Below the pieces are notes generated by a model, which did not search any database, was not told where the DNA came from, and saw only the letters and a list, made by a program, of their open reading frames with translations. A stretch of 64,000 nucleotides of DNA, taken from assembly GCA_951406725.2 (NCBI GenBank), contig OX597835.1:30628001-30692000 (forward strand), written 5' to 3'. The position numbers and the translations under genes are program-made. Positions 1 to 13,300 of the stretch are shown here, one piece after another. This DNA comes from Octopus vulgaris. Its lineage: Eukaryota. Every line of letters starts with the position of its first letter. The first letter of the stretch is position 1.

Positions 1-510
1 TATCACTATTAAACACGTTTCTCAAAACAAGCCGATAGAATTTCTAAAATAATCCGTTATTGCCGTATTGGTCCAAATTTCAGAATTAATTCATAAGAAT
101 TTTCTCCTCCTCAGCGATAAATACGTAAGACATAAATGAAATACTCATACCCATGGAAAAAGCAAACACTAGGTCCTGAGCAGACCTAAGTACCCTAAAT
201 ATATCCAAAATAGAAAATCTTCAGCACATCTCGAGGCACGTGTGATTCGAACTAGAAACTTTCACAGAGTGAGAGTCCGGAAGTGAATATTATTAAATTT
301 ACATCTAAAACTTTTCGAAAAAATTTTTATCAATGGCCAGCATATTAAAAAATACCTTTAAAGGTTAAATTTATAAATAACTTATAAAATAAGGGCAAAA
401 GAAAACATTCTAATGCCAAATATGCCAAAAATAGACAAATTGTCAATAACCAATTATAATTTATCACTATTAACACGTTTCTCAAAACAAGCCGATAGAA
501 ATTTCTAAAT
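1..510. repeat. Direct repeat with ~460-bp period (1-49 recurs at 462-510), truncated by the window start
   Basis: tatcactattaa(a)cacgtttctcaaaacaagccgatagaa occurs twice. Confidence 0.75.
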
Positions 511-1611
511 TTTTTTTTAATATGCTGACCATTGATAAAATTTTTTTTTGAGGCTGTCGTAGAACACATCTGCCGAAGGCACCACTCAGTGGCACTGAAC
601 CCGAAACCATATGGTTAGGAAGCATTGTTCTTACCACACGCCTCCACTGGGTCCTGGGCCAATGTTGGGTTGGGAAAAAAATCACTGATTTGTTTTCTTT
701 CAAAGGAATACATAAAAGTTAAAGACTACTCTAAACGCTTAAAGCTTGTTCAGAGAAATGTTTTCCCTATCAGGATTAATTGAGTGTATGTGTCTGTTAG
801 TGAATGTGTGTGTGTATGTATGTGTGTGAAGGTGTGTGCGTGTGTGAGTGTGTGTGTATGTGTGTGTAAAACCCATTCGTACATAATATTTTCAAAGACA
901 TTTAATTTAACTATAAAAAAAGGAAAGCTAAGACAACAGCAAAAATCCACAAACTCGATATGAAATAGAAGGAAACATTTCTTTCTTTCTTTCCGTGCAT
1001 CCATACTTTTATTTACTCTATCATAACCCTACGTCTAACACGTTACAGCGTAACAAAACATAACGTATCATAACACGGCATATCGTAGCGCAAACTAGTT
1101 TCCATTCAAGAAGCAAATCAGAAGACGAGTACAGCAACAACAACAACCACAGCAACAACATCAACAGGAACAACAAACAACAAACACGAAAATAAAGATA
1201 AAGAAACTAAGAACTACCGAGAATTAAATAAGCGAGTTTATAAGCCTGTTACATATAAAGAACGCTTAGCAAAATAGAAATATATTTTTGCAAAAACTCA
1301 ATATCGTTGGCTGTTTTAAAAGATCTAACTAATCTCCGAGGCTTCTCATTTAAAGAATTCCGTAAAGTCTCTTAATAAATTCTGCAAGTCAATCAAAACA
1401 AAATGGTGAATGTTTCTTATCGAAATCTTTCAAAAGACTTGAGATTTCTGATGAGGGATGGAGTCAAGGGATTGCTAAGTGCTCTGAAATCTTAGAAGAT
1501 GGAGTAAGATAAAAATTAAATTATCCATATCTATAGCATGTAGCAATATAATATGTCCCGCCTATACGGGCGACTATAATATGATATTTCAATAGATACA
1601 TACATACATAC

Positions 1612-1699
<88 letters not shown>

Positions 1700-1932
1700 C
1701 ATACATGCATATATATATATATCCACATATAAATATATATATATATATATAAGTACATATATATTTAAACATATATGTATGTGTGTGTTTACATATATGT
1801 TTATATATAGGTATATATATATATATATATATATATATGGGTGTGTCTTTGTGTAGTTATTTATGTATATATATATACATATATAGATATAGATATTATT
1901 GGCGGATGCACTTACAGATACGTATACATGAT

Positions 1933-1964
<32 letters not shown>

Positions 1965-2317
1965 TATATATATGCACATACATACATATATATAAATGTG
2001 TGCATACATACATACATACAAGCATACATACAAACATTTATACATACCTAATATGGGGAATACTATTAAATATATTATTCTCTCATTTTCAAATGCATAT
2101 TTTTTAGCATATATATGTAGCCATATGTGCTTGTATATATGTGTGTATAAATTTATGAATTTATAACATATGTACCTACCTACCAACATACATACATACC
2201 TACCTACCAACTTACCGACTTACCTACCTATCTAACTTACCACCTATGTATGTATCTATGAAGATATCTATGTATCCATCTATCTATACCTATATACATA
2301 CATACATACATATATAT

Positions 2318-2380
<63 letters not shown>

Positions 2381-2487
2381 CATATACATGTATATATACA
2401 TATATATATATGTGTATGTGTGTGTGTGCGTGTGTATGTATATGTATATGTATATATATACATATATATATATATATATGTATATGC

Positions 2488-2537
<50 letters not shown>

Positions 2538-3321
2538 GTATTGGTTGATAGTTGGATAACTAAATAGATAAATAGATACACATCTAAACAGATATAGTTC
2601 AAAATTTGTATACATATATACATACGTATATACAATCATATTCTCCCTATATTTGTGTCAAATTGAAAGCTACTTTGCAAACGAAAAAACTTTAATACGT
2701 ACGTATTAATCTGTGTCGGTTTATGAATATTATAGAATGCATAAGTACAACTGTGCATCTAAGCACATGTGAAAAACTGACTCAGATGCAGAAGCTATGA
2801 ACTAACAGAAAAATCACAACTATAGAAACTTACATGTACAGAAACTTACATGTAGCATACAGAGATGCACGTACATGGCAGTAATGGAATATATGTACAC
2901 AAACACACACACATGTATACATATATACATTTACACACACACACACACATACACACAAGTATATATATATACTTATATATATATACATACATGTTAATAT
3001 ACACATATATATATGTATACATATATATATACAAGCATAGACATAGACATATGAATTTATATATATACGCATATGTATATGAATATATATATATAGTCAT
3101 ATATACAGGTGCACATATTTATATACACACATATATATATACATATATATAAATATATATATAATACGTATATATATATACGTATATATATATCAATATA
3201 CATGCATATATAGATATATATATATTCATGTATACATATTGATATATATATATATACATATACATATATATATATATATGTGTATATAGACAAGTATGGC
3301 TGTATGTCTAGATATATATGC

Positions 3322-3364
<43 letters not shown>

Positions 3365-3777
3365 GGTATATGTGTGTGTGTATACACATTCATATATGAA
3401 TGCAAAGAAGTGGTAACCTAAACATATGGAAAAACACACGTAGCACATATACGTGTTTATATAAGCATAAAATTATATTCATAAACACACTCGCACAGTC
3501 AATTACTACTGTATGTATGTAGAGATAAACATAAGTAGATATGGATAGCTAGGACAACGAAATACATGATATGGACCCAGAGGGCATGGAAGTGAAATTT
3601 TTACTAAAAATTTCTAAAAGTTCTGATTTTCTAAATGTGTTAAGATGATGGGAATATGTTGGGGAAGGAGGGCATCATCGAACAGATGCCATGAAATGGT
3701 TAACTATTGATTTATACTCGTGGGAGAAACAATACCAAGGAATGAAAAATACGTTCATATATATACATACATACATA

Positions 3778-3814
<37 letters not shown>

Positions 3815-3821
3815 TATTGTT

Positions 3822-3871
<50 letters not shown>

Positions 3872-3980
3872 TATGTATACGTGTGTGTATACATTTATGT
3901 ATGTATATATTCAAAAGGTAACCGCATATGAATCGCTGGCGATTTTTTTCCCTTCGTCTTCCTTTTCTATTGGACTCTCT

Positions 3981-4015
3981 GTTTATGAAGAAGAGCATTA
4001 CTCGAAATGTTAAAC
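3981..4015 (+). ncRNA. Degenerate ultra-short hammerhead (extra-A class) inside element 3911-4120
   Basis: GUUU AUGAAGAA GAG-cauua-CUC GAAA UG UU AAAC; C3 is mutated to A. Confidence 0.5.
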
Positions 4016-4169
4016 CATCTTTCTTTCTTTCCCTGGGCGTGTTTGTTCTTCTTTGTTTGGGGAATACAATTAAATATATTATTCTCTCATTTTCAAATGC
4101 ATATTTTTTAGCATATATATGTATTTGCGTGTGTATGCTTGTGTGTGTATAGCAACAGTAGCCATATGT

Positions 4170-4690
4170 GCAAAGCAAATTAAATATAATTTGGGATTTT
4201 TTGCGAAGGGATAAAAGTGGTAACAAGAACAGGACAGTAAAAACAAAACAAATAAATGCGGTAAAATACAGGACAAGGAGAATAACACAGTAAAGACAAA
4301 CGGTAAGGGCTGTTAAGCCTTTGTTTTTACTGTCCTGTTTTTGTTACTACTTTTATCCCTCCGCAAAAAATCCCGAATTTTATTTAATTTGCTTTGCGGG
4401 AAGGACTGCTTCAACAAAGTCGAGTCTTGCCCTTACCTTCGAAACACGGTGTAGACGAAATAGAGGCGGCTGAAGAAGAGGAATATTCCTTGTGTTGTAT
4501 GTCTTATACTCTGTTTTTTCGTTGTTTGAAAAAAAGTCCGTTTCCATGGTTTTGTTTTTATGTTTTCGTTATTCATTGTGTTCGACGTCTTTTTAGTGTC
4601 CTGTACTTATATATGCATGTATATATGCATATAGATGTAGGTATGTACATATGTGTATGTATATATGGATATGGTTTATTTATTAGTTTG
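4170..4690. mobile_element. Hairpin (arms 4170-4247/4320-4397) plus tail element; tail family recurs at about 14190-14440
   Basis: About 78-bp imperfect inverted repeat. The segment cgaaa(t/c)agaggc(g/a)gctgaagaag..aaaaaagtccgtttcc is shared with 14210-14300. Confidence 0.6.
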
Positions 4691-4691
4691 T

Positions 4692-4738
<47 letters not shown>

Positions 4739-4895
4739 CGTACATACATGCACACACATACGAACCCCCACACACATATACATACACACACATAAATATA
4801 TAGGGAAAATTCAAGAAAAAAACAACAAAAGACGAAGACAGGTGGTGTAGAAAACAAGCAGATGTATTAGTATAACGCTCGGGAATTGAAAAAGT

Positions 4896-4931
4896 CTTTA
4901 ACGTTTCAAGCCTACGTTCTTCCACAGAAAA
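4896..4931 (-). ncRNA. Ultra-short hammerhead variant (CUGUNGAA core) inside element 4801-4970
   Basis: UUUU CUGUGGAA GAAC-GUAG-GCUU GAAA CG UU AAAG; stem II partly decayed. Confidence 0.5.
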
Positions 4932-4966
4932 GAACACACAAACAAACAAGGAGAAATACAAGGAGA

Positions 4967-5004
<38 letters not shown>

Positions 5005-5374
5005 TAAAGACATTGTATTGTTGCAAATAGCAGAAGCTGAGGTTTTTGCCCTCATTCCATGGTGTCTGAAGATTTCAAAACTAATAGATTCAATATCGAA
5101 GCTTCTCTGATCATAAGTCCGTTCGCTTGGAGCTATGATACAGTTAAATAGCAATAACTAATCAATCAATCAACCAACCAGCCAACCGAACGTCACGCCA
5201 AATAACTAACTAATTAAAACAATTAATGAACAATACAATTAATGAACTAGCAATGTATTTTCTAATATATTTTCTAATTCGTTGATAAAATATCTTTGAA
5301 ATATTCTTTTGTGTTAATATGTTTGGATGTGGGTGTATGGGTAGGTGTGGGTAGTAAATATGTTCATTTAACTG

Positions 5375-5425
<51 letters not shown>

Positions 5426-5661
5426 ACACAAAACATCCATGATGGAAACAACAAATGCACATCGATGCACACACACGCACACATATACACACACACGTAT
5501 ATGAATATATGTATACATGCACATACATATATTCAGATACGTATATGTGTAGATGTATATATATACATATACGTATATGTAGATCTATTCATACTTATAG
5601 AAGCATGTGTGCATGTATATATATATATACATACATATATATATATATATATATACATATA

Positions 5662-5822
5662 TACGACGGGCTTCTTTCAGTTTCCGTCTACCAAATCCAC
5701 TGACAAGGCTTTGATCGGCCCGAGGCTATAGTAGAAGACACTTGCCCAAGGTGCCACGCAGTGGGACTGAACCCGGAACCATGTGGTTGGTAAATAAGCT
5801 ACTTACCACACAGCCACTCCTG
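5662..5822 (-). mobile_element. SINE family A, 5' part
   Basis: Reverse complement of 42734-42893. Confidence 0.85.
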
Positions 5823-5828
5823 CTGTGT

Positions 5829-5899
<71 letters not shown>

Positions 5900-6707
5900 G
5901 TGTATATATATATTATTTGCATTGGTTCCAGATAAACTCTCGTTTATCCTGTTGTTACTTGCACTCTACATGTATGCTGTGTCTGCACACCAATGCCCGG
6001 GGATAAAACATAAAACTCAAACCGATAGCATATATGTGGATATTTTATCCCTTAATCCATTATTATAACCGCTAACTCTGTTTACACACGCACATGCACA
6101 CACATACACTCACACATACACTCACATACACACACCCACACATATATTGATGCACACAAGTAAATACATAAATGTAAAACAAATTGGAATAGATAGTACT
6201 CGATTACCGAAGATAGAGTTTTTAATTGAAGTCGAATAATATTCTCACAAACTGTCCCTCGGAGTATTACGTTACCGTGTGTCGGACAGTTGTAATCAAA
6301 ACAGTCCAACGAATGCTAACGTGATACACAGAGTGACAGTCTTGTGAAGAATATTTTCGTTTCTAGTACATGCGAGTGTATGAGAGTGTATACGTGTGTA
6401 TAGATAAATAGATAGACACATAGATGAAATTGATAAATTAGATAAATAGGTGTGGTAAGAAGCTTACTTCCCAACCACATCACTCCATGTTCAGTCCCAC
6501 TGCATGGCACTTTGTGCAGTTGTTTTCTACCAGAGCCCCGGGCTGATCAAAGCCTTGTGAGTGGATTTGGTAGACGGAAACTAAAAGAAGCCCGTTGTAT
6601 ATATATATATATATATATATACATATATATGTATGTATGTATGTATATATATATATATATGTATATATATGAATAAAAAATGGAGTTAACGCAGGCTTAA
6701 ACAAGTA

Positions 6708-6804
6708 TTTTTACTTTCTACACATGTTTCGAAAATTCCACTGATACTATTCAAAAGAATAAATGGTATAAACAATGCAATCTTCTCTTCGGGAAAGTGA
6801 AAAA
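6708..6804 (-). ncRNA. Type I hammerhead ribozyme in PLE pLTR (U4C core variant)
   Basis: Stem I UUUUU-C-ACUUUC/GAAAGU-AAAAA; core CCGAAGA; stem II GAAGAUU/AAUUUUC; GAAA; stem III ACA-UG-UGU; predicted GUA cleavage between 6719 and 6718. Confidence 0.75.
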
Positions 6805-6997
6805 AACGAAACTCGTCAATACGACATTTTAGCAAAAAATGATGGATTTGTATAGCGATAGACAGAACGCTATTAATATTGTTTAAAAACGTTATATGAT
6901 ATAACGTCATAAGTAGCTAACAGAAAGAGTAGGGATATTAATAGTGAATGTTAAATATAAAGGAAATTAAAGTTTAAATTATATATAATGATAGAGA

Positions 6998-7568
6998 CTA
7001 CTTATATGCACTAAATGTATGTTTCTGCCAATGCTTACATCTGTATGCTCGTTCTATAACCGTGTTTACTAGAGTATTTTTAGAAAAAATAATGAAAAAT
7101 AGCTCAGAATTGCAGAGAAGACAGAATTTCTTGCCTTTGTCATATGGTATCGAAATTGAGAGGATCAATCATTCTAAATGAAATTGTTCATTGTGGTCTT
7201 TTAAATCCCAAAATCAGTTTGCTGAGACCGGTACTATTCCGTTTATTTCTATCCCTAAATGTTGAGTAATGGATAGAAATTCTTTTAGATAACTCTAACG
7301 ATGTGCTTCCAATGTAAAATCGTACTTCATTACGAGTACTGATTATACACTGGTATATAGAATTTTTAATCTTAGAGTTACTTGACATAATATTTCTAGA
7401 GGGTTTGATGGTATTAGCTAAATTAATGTTAGTATTAGTAAATGTATTAATATTTAACAGTTTGTTATTATGAGAGAATATAATTTGCAAGAGATTTTTT
7501 GTGTTTGAAAAACCTATCCTAACCTTATGTGAATTAATTATAGAGTAATATCTAGAATTGTTTGGAAA
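6998..7568 (-). pseudogene. PLE ORF C-terminus: GIY-YIG endonuclease (frameshifted)
   Basis: Reads FPNNSRYYSIINSHKVRIGFSNTKNL..HNNKLL..KNSIYQCII..FYIGST..KRISIHYSTF..STGLSKLI/WDLK..PYDKGKKFCLLCNSE..RCKH. A 1-nt frameshift near 7211 is absent in the inverted copy at 7569-7790. Confidence 0.85.
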
Positions 7569-7787
7569 AGTACCGGTCTCAGCAAACTGATTTGGGATTT
7601 AAAAGACCACAATGAACAATTTCATTTAGAATGGTTGATCCTCTCAATTTCGATACCATATGACAAAGGCAAGAAATTCTGTCTTCTCTGCAATTCTGAG
7701 CTATTTTTCATTATTTTTTCTAAAAATACTCCAGTAAACACGGTTATAGAACGAGCATACAGATGTAAGCATTGGCAGAAACATACA

Positions 7788-7869
7788 TTTCCCGAAGAGA
7801 AGATTGCATTGTTTATACCATTTATTCTTTTGAATAGTATCAGTGGAATTTTCGAAACATGTGTAGAAA
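7788..7869 (+). ncRNA. Second (inverted) copy of the PLE hammerhead, stem I shortened by a deletion
   Basis: UUUC CCGAAGA GAAGAUU...AAUUUUC GAA ACA-UG-UGU A GAAA. Confidence 0.65.
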
Positions 7870-8914
7870 GTAAAAATACTTGTTTAAACCTGCGTTAACT
7901 CCATTTTTTATTCATATTATTCAAAATATTCAACGTAAACACGAAGTTTCAACCTTTATAAACAAGGAGTTACAACATCTTTAGTTGTGAGATTTTTGCT
8001 GCCCTGGTAACTATTCATTTATTTTTCCGTGTTAATTGTTAACAAGGTAAAAATACACTCATCTATTTATATGTATATATATATGTATATAGCTGTTTGT
8101 GTTTTCCTCCAACACCCCTCCTCACCATCTCTTGACAACCAGTGTTCGTATGTTTACGTCCCCGTAACTTAGCAGTTCAGAAAAAGAGCCTGATAGAATA
8201 TCAGGCAGAAAAACTTCAAGATGCTCCCCCAGCATGGCCGCAGTCTAAATACTGGAATAGGTAAGAGATCAAAGATGTATATCTATGTACGTGTATGTGT
8301 GTATGTATGAATGTATGTACGTGTGCATGCATGCGTGTGTGTGTGTATGTGTGTATGTATGTATGTATGTATGTATGTATGTATGTATGTATGTATGTAT
8401 ATGTTAGCCTGTTTTGTGGTTTCATTAGACTTCCAATTTATACAGTGAGTCACACGGGTCATATATATATATATCCTGTTTCTTTAGCTTATTGTGTACA
8501 TATAATACAATACGACCATACCAGCTAAATACAGTTAGTATATTTAACTTTCAGGGACCCCGTCAATCTAAGCATATAGAAAAAGCAGAAATTATGGTCC
8601 CAACAGGCCTCCGTATAACGTACTTTATAATAACTCGCTCAAGACTTCCTCCGCCATCATGGACGTAAAAAACGATCCCCCCCTCCACTGCCATTGCCAA
8701 CTGCTTAAAAAAGAATAATAAATATAATCAAGAAACAATAATATTTAGTATTTCATAAAATTCTTTTCTCTGTATCCAGGTCCCAGAGGTAAATGTGATT
8801 TAAATGAACGGGTTCCGACTGGGAATCGAAATCAGATCGTGGTTTTGGTCCGTCGGGATTCAACAGCTTCTGGTTGAAGAACTTGTGGGCGCTCTCAACC
8901 ACTTTAGTATTTCC

Positions 8915-9690
8915 CACAACCACCAACATCGCCACTACAACCACGACGACGACGACGACGACCACCACCACCACCACCACCACCACCAACATCAACACCA
9001 TCAACACCACCACCATCACCGACACGAACAACGTCGCTGTCACTACCATCTCTATGACCACTACTGCTACTACCAGTCATCATCACCAACACCGAATCCC
9101 TCACCACCACCACCACGACCATCATCATCGTCATCATCGTCGTCGTCTTCGTCACCATCGCCACCGCCGCCACCGCCGCCGCCACTGCCGCCGCCGCCAC
9201 CACCACCGCCGCCGCCACTACCACCACCACAACCACCATCAGCAATATCAGCAGCAGCACCGTCGTAGTCGTCATAATCATCATCGTCACCATCATCGTC
9301 GTCGTCATCGTCTTCCTCATAATCATCGTCGTCGTCGTCATCATCATCGTGGTCATCATTGTCGTCATAATCATCATCATCATTGTCACCATCGTCGTCG
9401 TCATCATAATCATCGTCGTCGCCGTCGTCATCATCATCATCATCATCATCATCGTCGACATCGTCGTCGTCGTCGTCATCATCATCATCACCATCGTCAT
9501 CGCCTTCATCATAATCATCGTCGTCATCATCATCATCATCATCATCGTTATCGTCGTCGTCATCGTCGTCATCATCATCTTTACCATCATCATCATCACC
9601 ACCAGCATCTTCATCAACATCGTCGTCGTCGTCGTCGTCTTATTCATCATAATCATCGTCGGCGGCGGCATTGCCATCATTGTCATCAAC
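8915..9690. repeat. Compound trinucleotide tract (CAC/CAT/CGT/CGC)
   Basis: Direct inspection; it yields spurious ORFs in most frames. Confidence 0.9.
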
Positions 9691-9849
9691 ACTTGTCCAT
9701 TGCTGTCCTGAGTCCTAGAACTCACTAGGCCGGTTACCCAGCCACCATGGCATATAAATGAGCGAAATCACCGCTTTTCCCCCTTAAACGAGACATCCGT
9801 CCGCTGCACGGTTACAGAGAACAGAAAGTATCTACAAAAAATCAGGTCC

Positions 9850-10115
9850 GGTAAGTTCACCGTCATCAATTCACCACATGGAAAAGTCGCCATCATCAAT
9901 TCACGTTTTTTTTTTTGTTTTCAATAAAATAGTTTTTATTTTATTATTATTTTATTATTATTATTTTTATTTTATAATTATTAAAGGTGAAATCCTGTGG
10001 ATATATTTTCTTGGTAAACCTTCCTCGCGGTGAACTTCCTTCATGGTGAAATTTTCTTACAGTGACTTGATGGCGGTGAACTCGCCTGCGATGAATTGGT
10101 GGTGGTGAACTTACC
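9850..10115. mobile_element. Foldback-type MITE with ~15-bp subterminal repeats
   Basis: TIR ggtaagttcacc / ggtgaacttacc; repeated ttcacc units on the left and ggtgaa units on the right; AT-rich middle. Confidence 0.65.
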
Positions 10116-10579
10116 TGTAATCATAAAAAATGTCTGCGAGAATGTCATAGGTAATAAAATGTTTGATATATCAACACACACAGACAAGCAAATTAAGGAT
10201 TATTGAACCGATATTGGCGTTACGGATGATTCAGAAAGCAAGTACCGGTACAACACATTGGACATCAGTGTCCAATTTCTGGACACTAATAGTCCAGAAT
10301 CTGTTATGATACGCACTAATCTACGAAGAGCAACTTCAAATCACATCGGCCTTCAAACCAGTTCACTGGTACCTTGCAAAGAGCACCTTACATAGTACAG
10401 TATCGGTAAACTTGTATTATTTATACTGATCTCCAGCTCCTTGTATTTGATTTGATTAAATGAATTTAATGTTTTATTTAGAGTTTGTTGACGAAGGTGA
10501 TCTATCCTTTGTCCAGAAAAATTTAGACCAGAATGGCTTTGCAACCAAAAGTTTTGAAAAATCGGTGCTGCTCCTATAC

Positions 10580-11232
10580 CATCTTTCCTTTCTTCCTTCT
10601 TTCTTTCTTTCTTCCTTTCTCTCTTTCTTTCTTTCTTTCTTTCTTACTTTTTTTCCTTCTTCCCTTTTTCTTTTTCCGTTTTCCTTTTTCGCACTTTTTT
10701 AAAACTTTTTTCTTTCTTCATTCTTTCGCTTCCTTTCATTATGCTTTCTTTTTCTCTTGTTTTCTATCTTTATTTCTTTCTCTCCTTTTTCTTTTTTCTT
10801 TATTTCACTTTCTTTATTCTCTCTTTCTTTCGTTCTTTCATTTTCTTTCTTTCTTTCTTTCTTTCTTTCTGTCTTTCTTTTTCATTTTCCTTTCGTTCAG
10901 TTTAAACCTTTTTCCTTCTTTTTTTGCTTTCTTTCACCCATTCTTTCTTTTTTCTCTTTCGTTTTCTTTCTTTCGTTTTCTTTCTTTCTTTCACTTTCTT
11001 TCCGCTTTCATTCTTTCTGTTTTTCTTTCTTTTTCTCTTTCGTTCTCTCGTTCTTTTTTCTTTCCTGTTCTCTTTTCTTTCTTTCACTTTCTTTATACAC
11101 TTTCTTTACGCTTATTTTGTTCTTTCTTTCTTTTCTTTCTCTTCATCATGCTTTTCCATTTTTCTTTCTTTCAGCTTAAACCTTCTTCTTGTCTTTCTTC
11201 TTCCTTTTGATTTCTTTCACTTTCCCTGTTTT
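10580..11232. repeat. 650-bp polypyrimidine (CTTT-like) tract
   Basis: Direct inspection. Confidence 0.9.
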
Positions 11233-12789
11233 GCAGGCATCGATAACCACGCACTAGCAAAAGAGTGGATATCAAATATCGGAGGAGGTCAACAAAACTA
11301 CACACCAATCGACTATCGGCCGAGGATATTGTTAGCCAATTATTGCAAAAATTCGATATAATTATACATTAGTTAAGTATTAGGTTGATTATAAATTATA
11401 TATCCTGGTTACTTATTGTAGGAAGGAAGTAAAGAATGCATTGATCTGCTATTAGAAACGGTCTTATGAAATGAATATTGGTCAATTTTGTGGAACGATT
11501 ATTAAGTTATGAACCGGTCGACTATGAGAAGAAATCAACAAAAGTCGATTCTACCGAATAGTTGGTCCCTAATATATGTCTCTGTGAGAAAAATACAAAA
11601 TAGTTGAGATATTTGAATTAGCAATGTATGTATCATACTTAATGCAGATACATGTCGGAAATCCAAATCAACTGCTGTAATCATCCGGAGATAATATCTC
11701 ATATAGATGTACAGTGATAAATAATGCAATAATATATCAGTTGCCGATGAAAACCGATGAAATAGATACGTATTTCTGCTTGTTTTATCTTGGTCGGTAT
11801 TAATTACTCATTGGCGATTGCCTATCCGTTGTCATTCATATGGAAAAACAATAACTGAAAATATCACTGATGTTACAATTAAATGGCGCGCTGAATACAA
11901 ATTCTTTATGTGCAGTAAAAGGTTAAAATATGCATCTGTATATCATACTTTGAGAGATAACAGAATAGTACAAGTGGCAGATGAAAAGCTTTGCAGTTGT
12001 TGTTGTTGATGATGATGATGTTGAGGTCGTTGCAGCTGGCGTTTAGCATCATCATCAGCAGCAGCAGCACCACCACCACCACCACCTGGCTCTTGAGCAA
12101 ACTTAACAGAAGAATCCATCTGTTGTAAATTTGTAGATCAGGTCACCAATCATAATGGCTCTGAAAAGGAGTTCTTGTTACTGCCTTTCCTGATATGACT
12201 ACCACTAATAAGGCAGTAATCTGGCAGAATCGCTAGAATCTTAAAATTTTTTAGTGTAAATGCCGCTGAGGTCGAATTGCCTTTCATCCTTTCGGTGTCG
12301 GAAAAATAAGTACCAGTGTAGTACTGGGGTCGAAGTAATCTACTTGCCTCCTCCCCCGAAATTACTGACGTTGTGCCATAATTTGAAATTGGCTTGACTA
12401 ACACCAGTTCTGACTGAGCCGAGTTATCACCAAAGAAATTCTTGTTGTCGCCATTCGCTAAGCCATCCATGACATGCCGTCTTTCTCAACCGTCTGTCTC
12501 TGTTTCACGCCTGTTTGTCTATCTGTCTCTTAATTCGTAGATTGTATATATTGTTGTATGGATGTGAGTGAAAATGTTTGTCTAACTTGGACTCCATCTT
12601 TCAACGTGTCCAACGTTTCTAAACATTTGAAACAAAATTTACAGGAGATTCGAGTGCTATGTATTGCACGTTAGGCGATCACCTGCTACAGATCCCTTAA
12701 TTAATCAGTCCCATCCATATTCATACGTTTTATATTTAAAAGTCTTTCAGGTAAAACTTTGATTCATTCGCAGCAGTTTTTGTGTTATA

Positions 12790-13300
12790 TAAACTACCAG
12801 TGATACAGTGTTGTCTATTAATTGTCTATAATGATTGTCTGTAACCCACCTCCTAGCACAGTAGTTTTGTACCTACTGATATACTGCGGGATAGCATATT
12901 TGGCTATAAACTTACTCCTTAGATGGTCGCCTTGTACTTATTAATACACTGGTTTAACATAACTGAGGGCAAACTTATTCTTTAAGCTGTGGTATTTACC
13001 TACAGATATACTGGAACTAACATAATTCTTCTTAAACAGTACACTTGTCCGTTCTGCAATACTGGAACTAATATATTTGAGTGTAACCCTACAGCTTAGT
13101 TTTGAACCTACTGACAGACTGAATAAACATCCCTGACAAAAAAGCTACTCCTTAAAATGTGGTCTAGTACCTACTGATACACTAGAGATAATATCGCCAA
13201 CTGCAAACCTACACCTTAAACTGTAGTCTTGTAACTTCTCATGTACTAATGTACAGTGTTAACAGCATGGACTGTAACCCCATTCTTCAAACTGTATTGT
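12790..13300. repeat. Degenerate ~60-65-bp tandem repeat
   Basis: Recurring aacctac..cttaaa.tgt.gt.ttgtacctactgata.actg, about 8 units. Confidence 0.65.

Larger units (their letters stand above)
6669..8070. mobile_element. Truncated Penelope-like retroelement (PLE) with inverted pseudo-LTR arrangement and one-sided tail, inserted in (TA)n
   Basis: Inverted repeats 6669-6796/7788-7916 and 7013-7235/7569-7790. Contains a GIY-YIG endonuclease remnant and a hammerhead in each arm. Unique tail 7917-8070; TA-rich flanks. Confidence 0.88.

Noticed and set aside
60-240. Minus-strand CUGAGGA and CUGAAGA in the 460-bp repeat
   Set aside because: No matching GAAA, stem III or stem I found.
1444-1497. 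CUGAUGA...GAAA hammerhead-like motif
   Set aside because: The core is present but stems I and III do not pair convincingly; at best a decayed copy.
8753-9728. His/Arg/Pro/Thr-rich ORFs and an acceptor-like site near 8779
   Set aside because: Compound triplet repeat open in most frames; no recognisable domain.
11237-11361. Plus-strand exon after the polypyrimidine tract
   Set aside because: An acceptor-like site is expected by chance after a (CTTT)n tract; the peptide is unrecognisable.
12790-13300. CRISPR-like array
   Set aside because: Eukaryotic context, whole units are degenerate repeats without unique spacers, and there are no cas genes.
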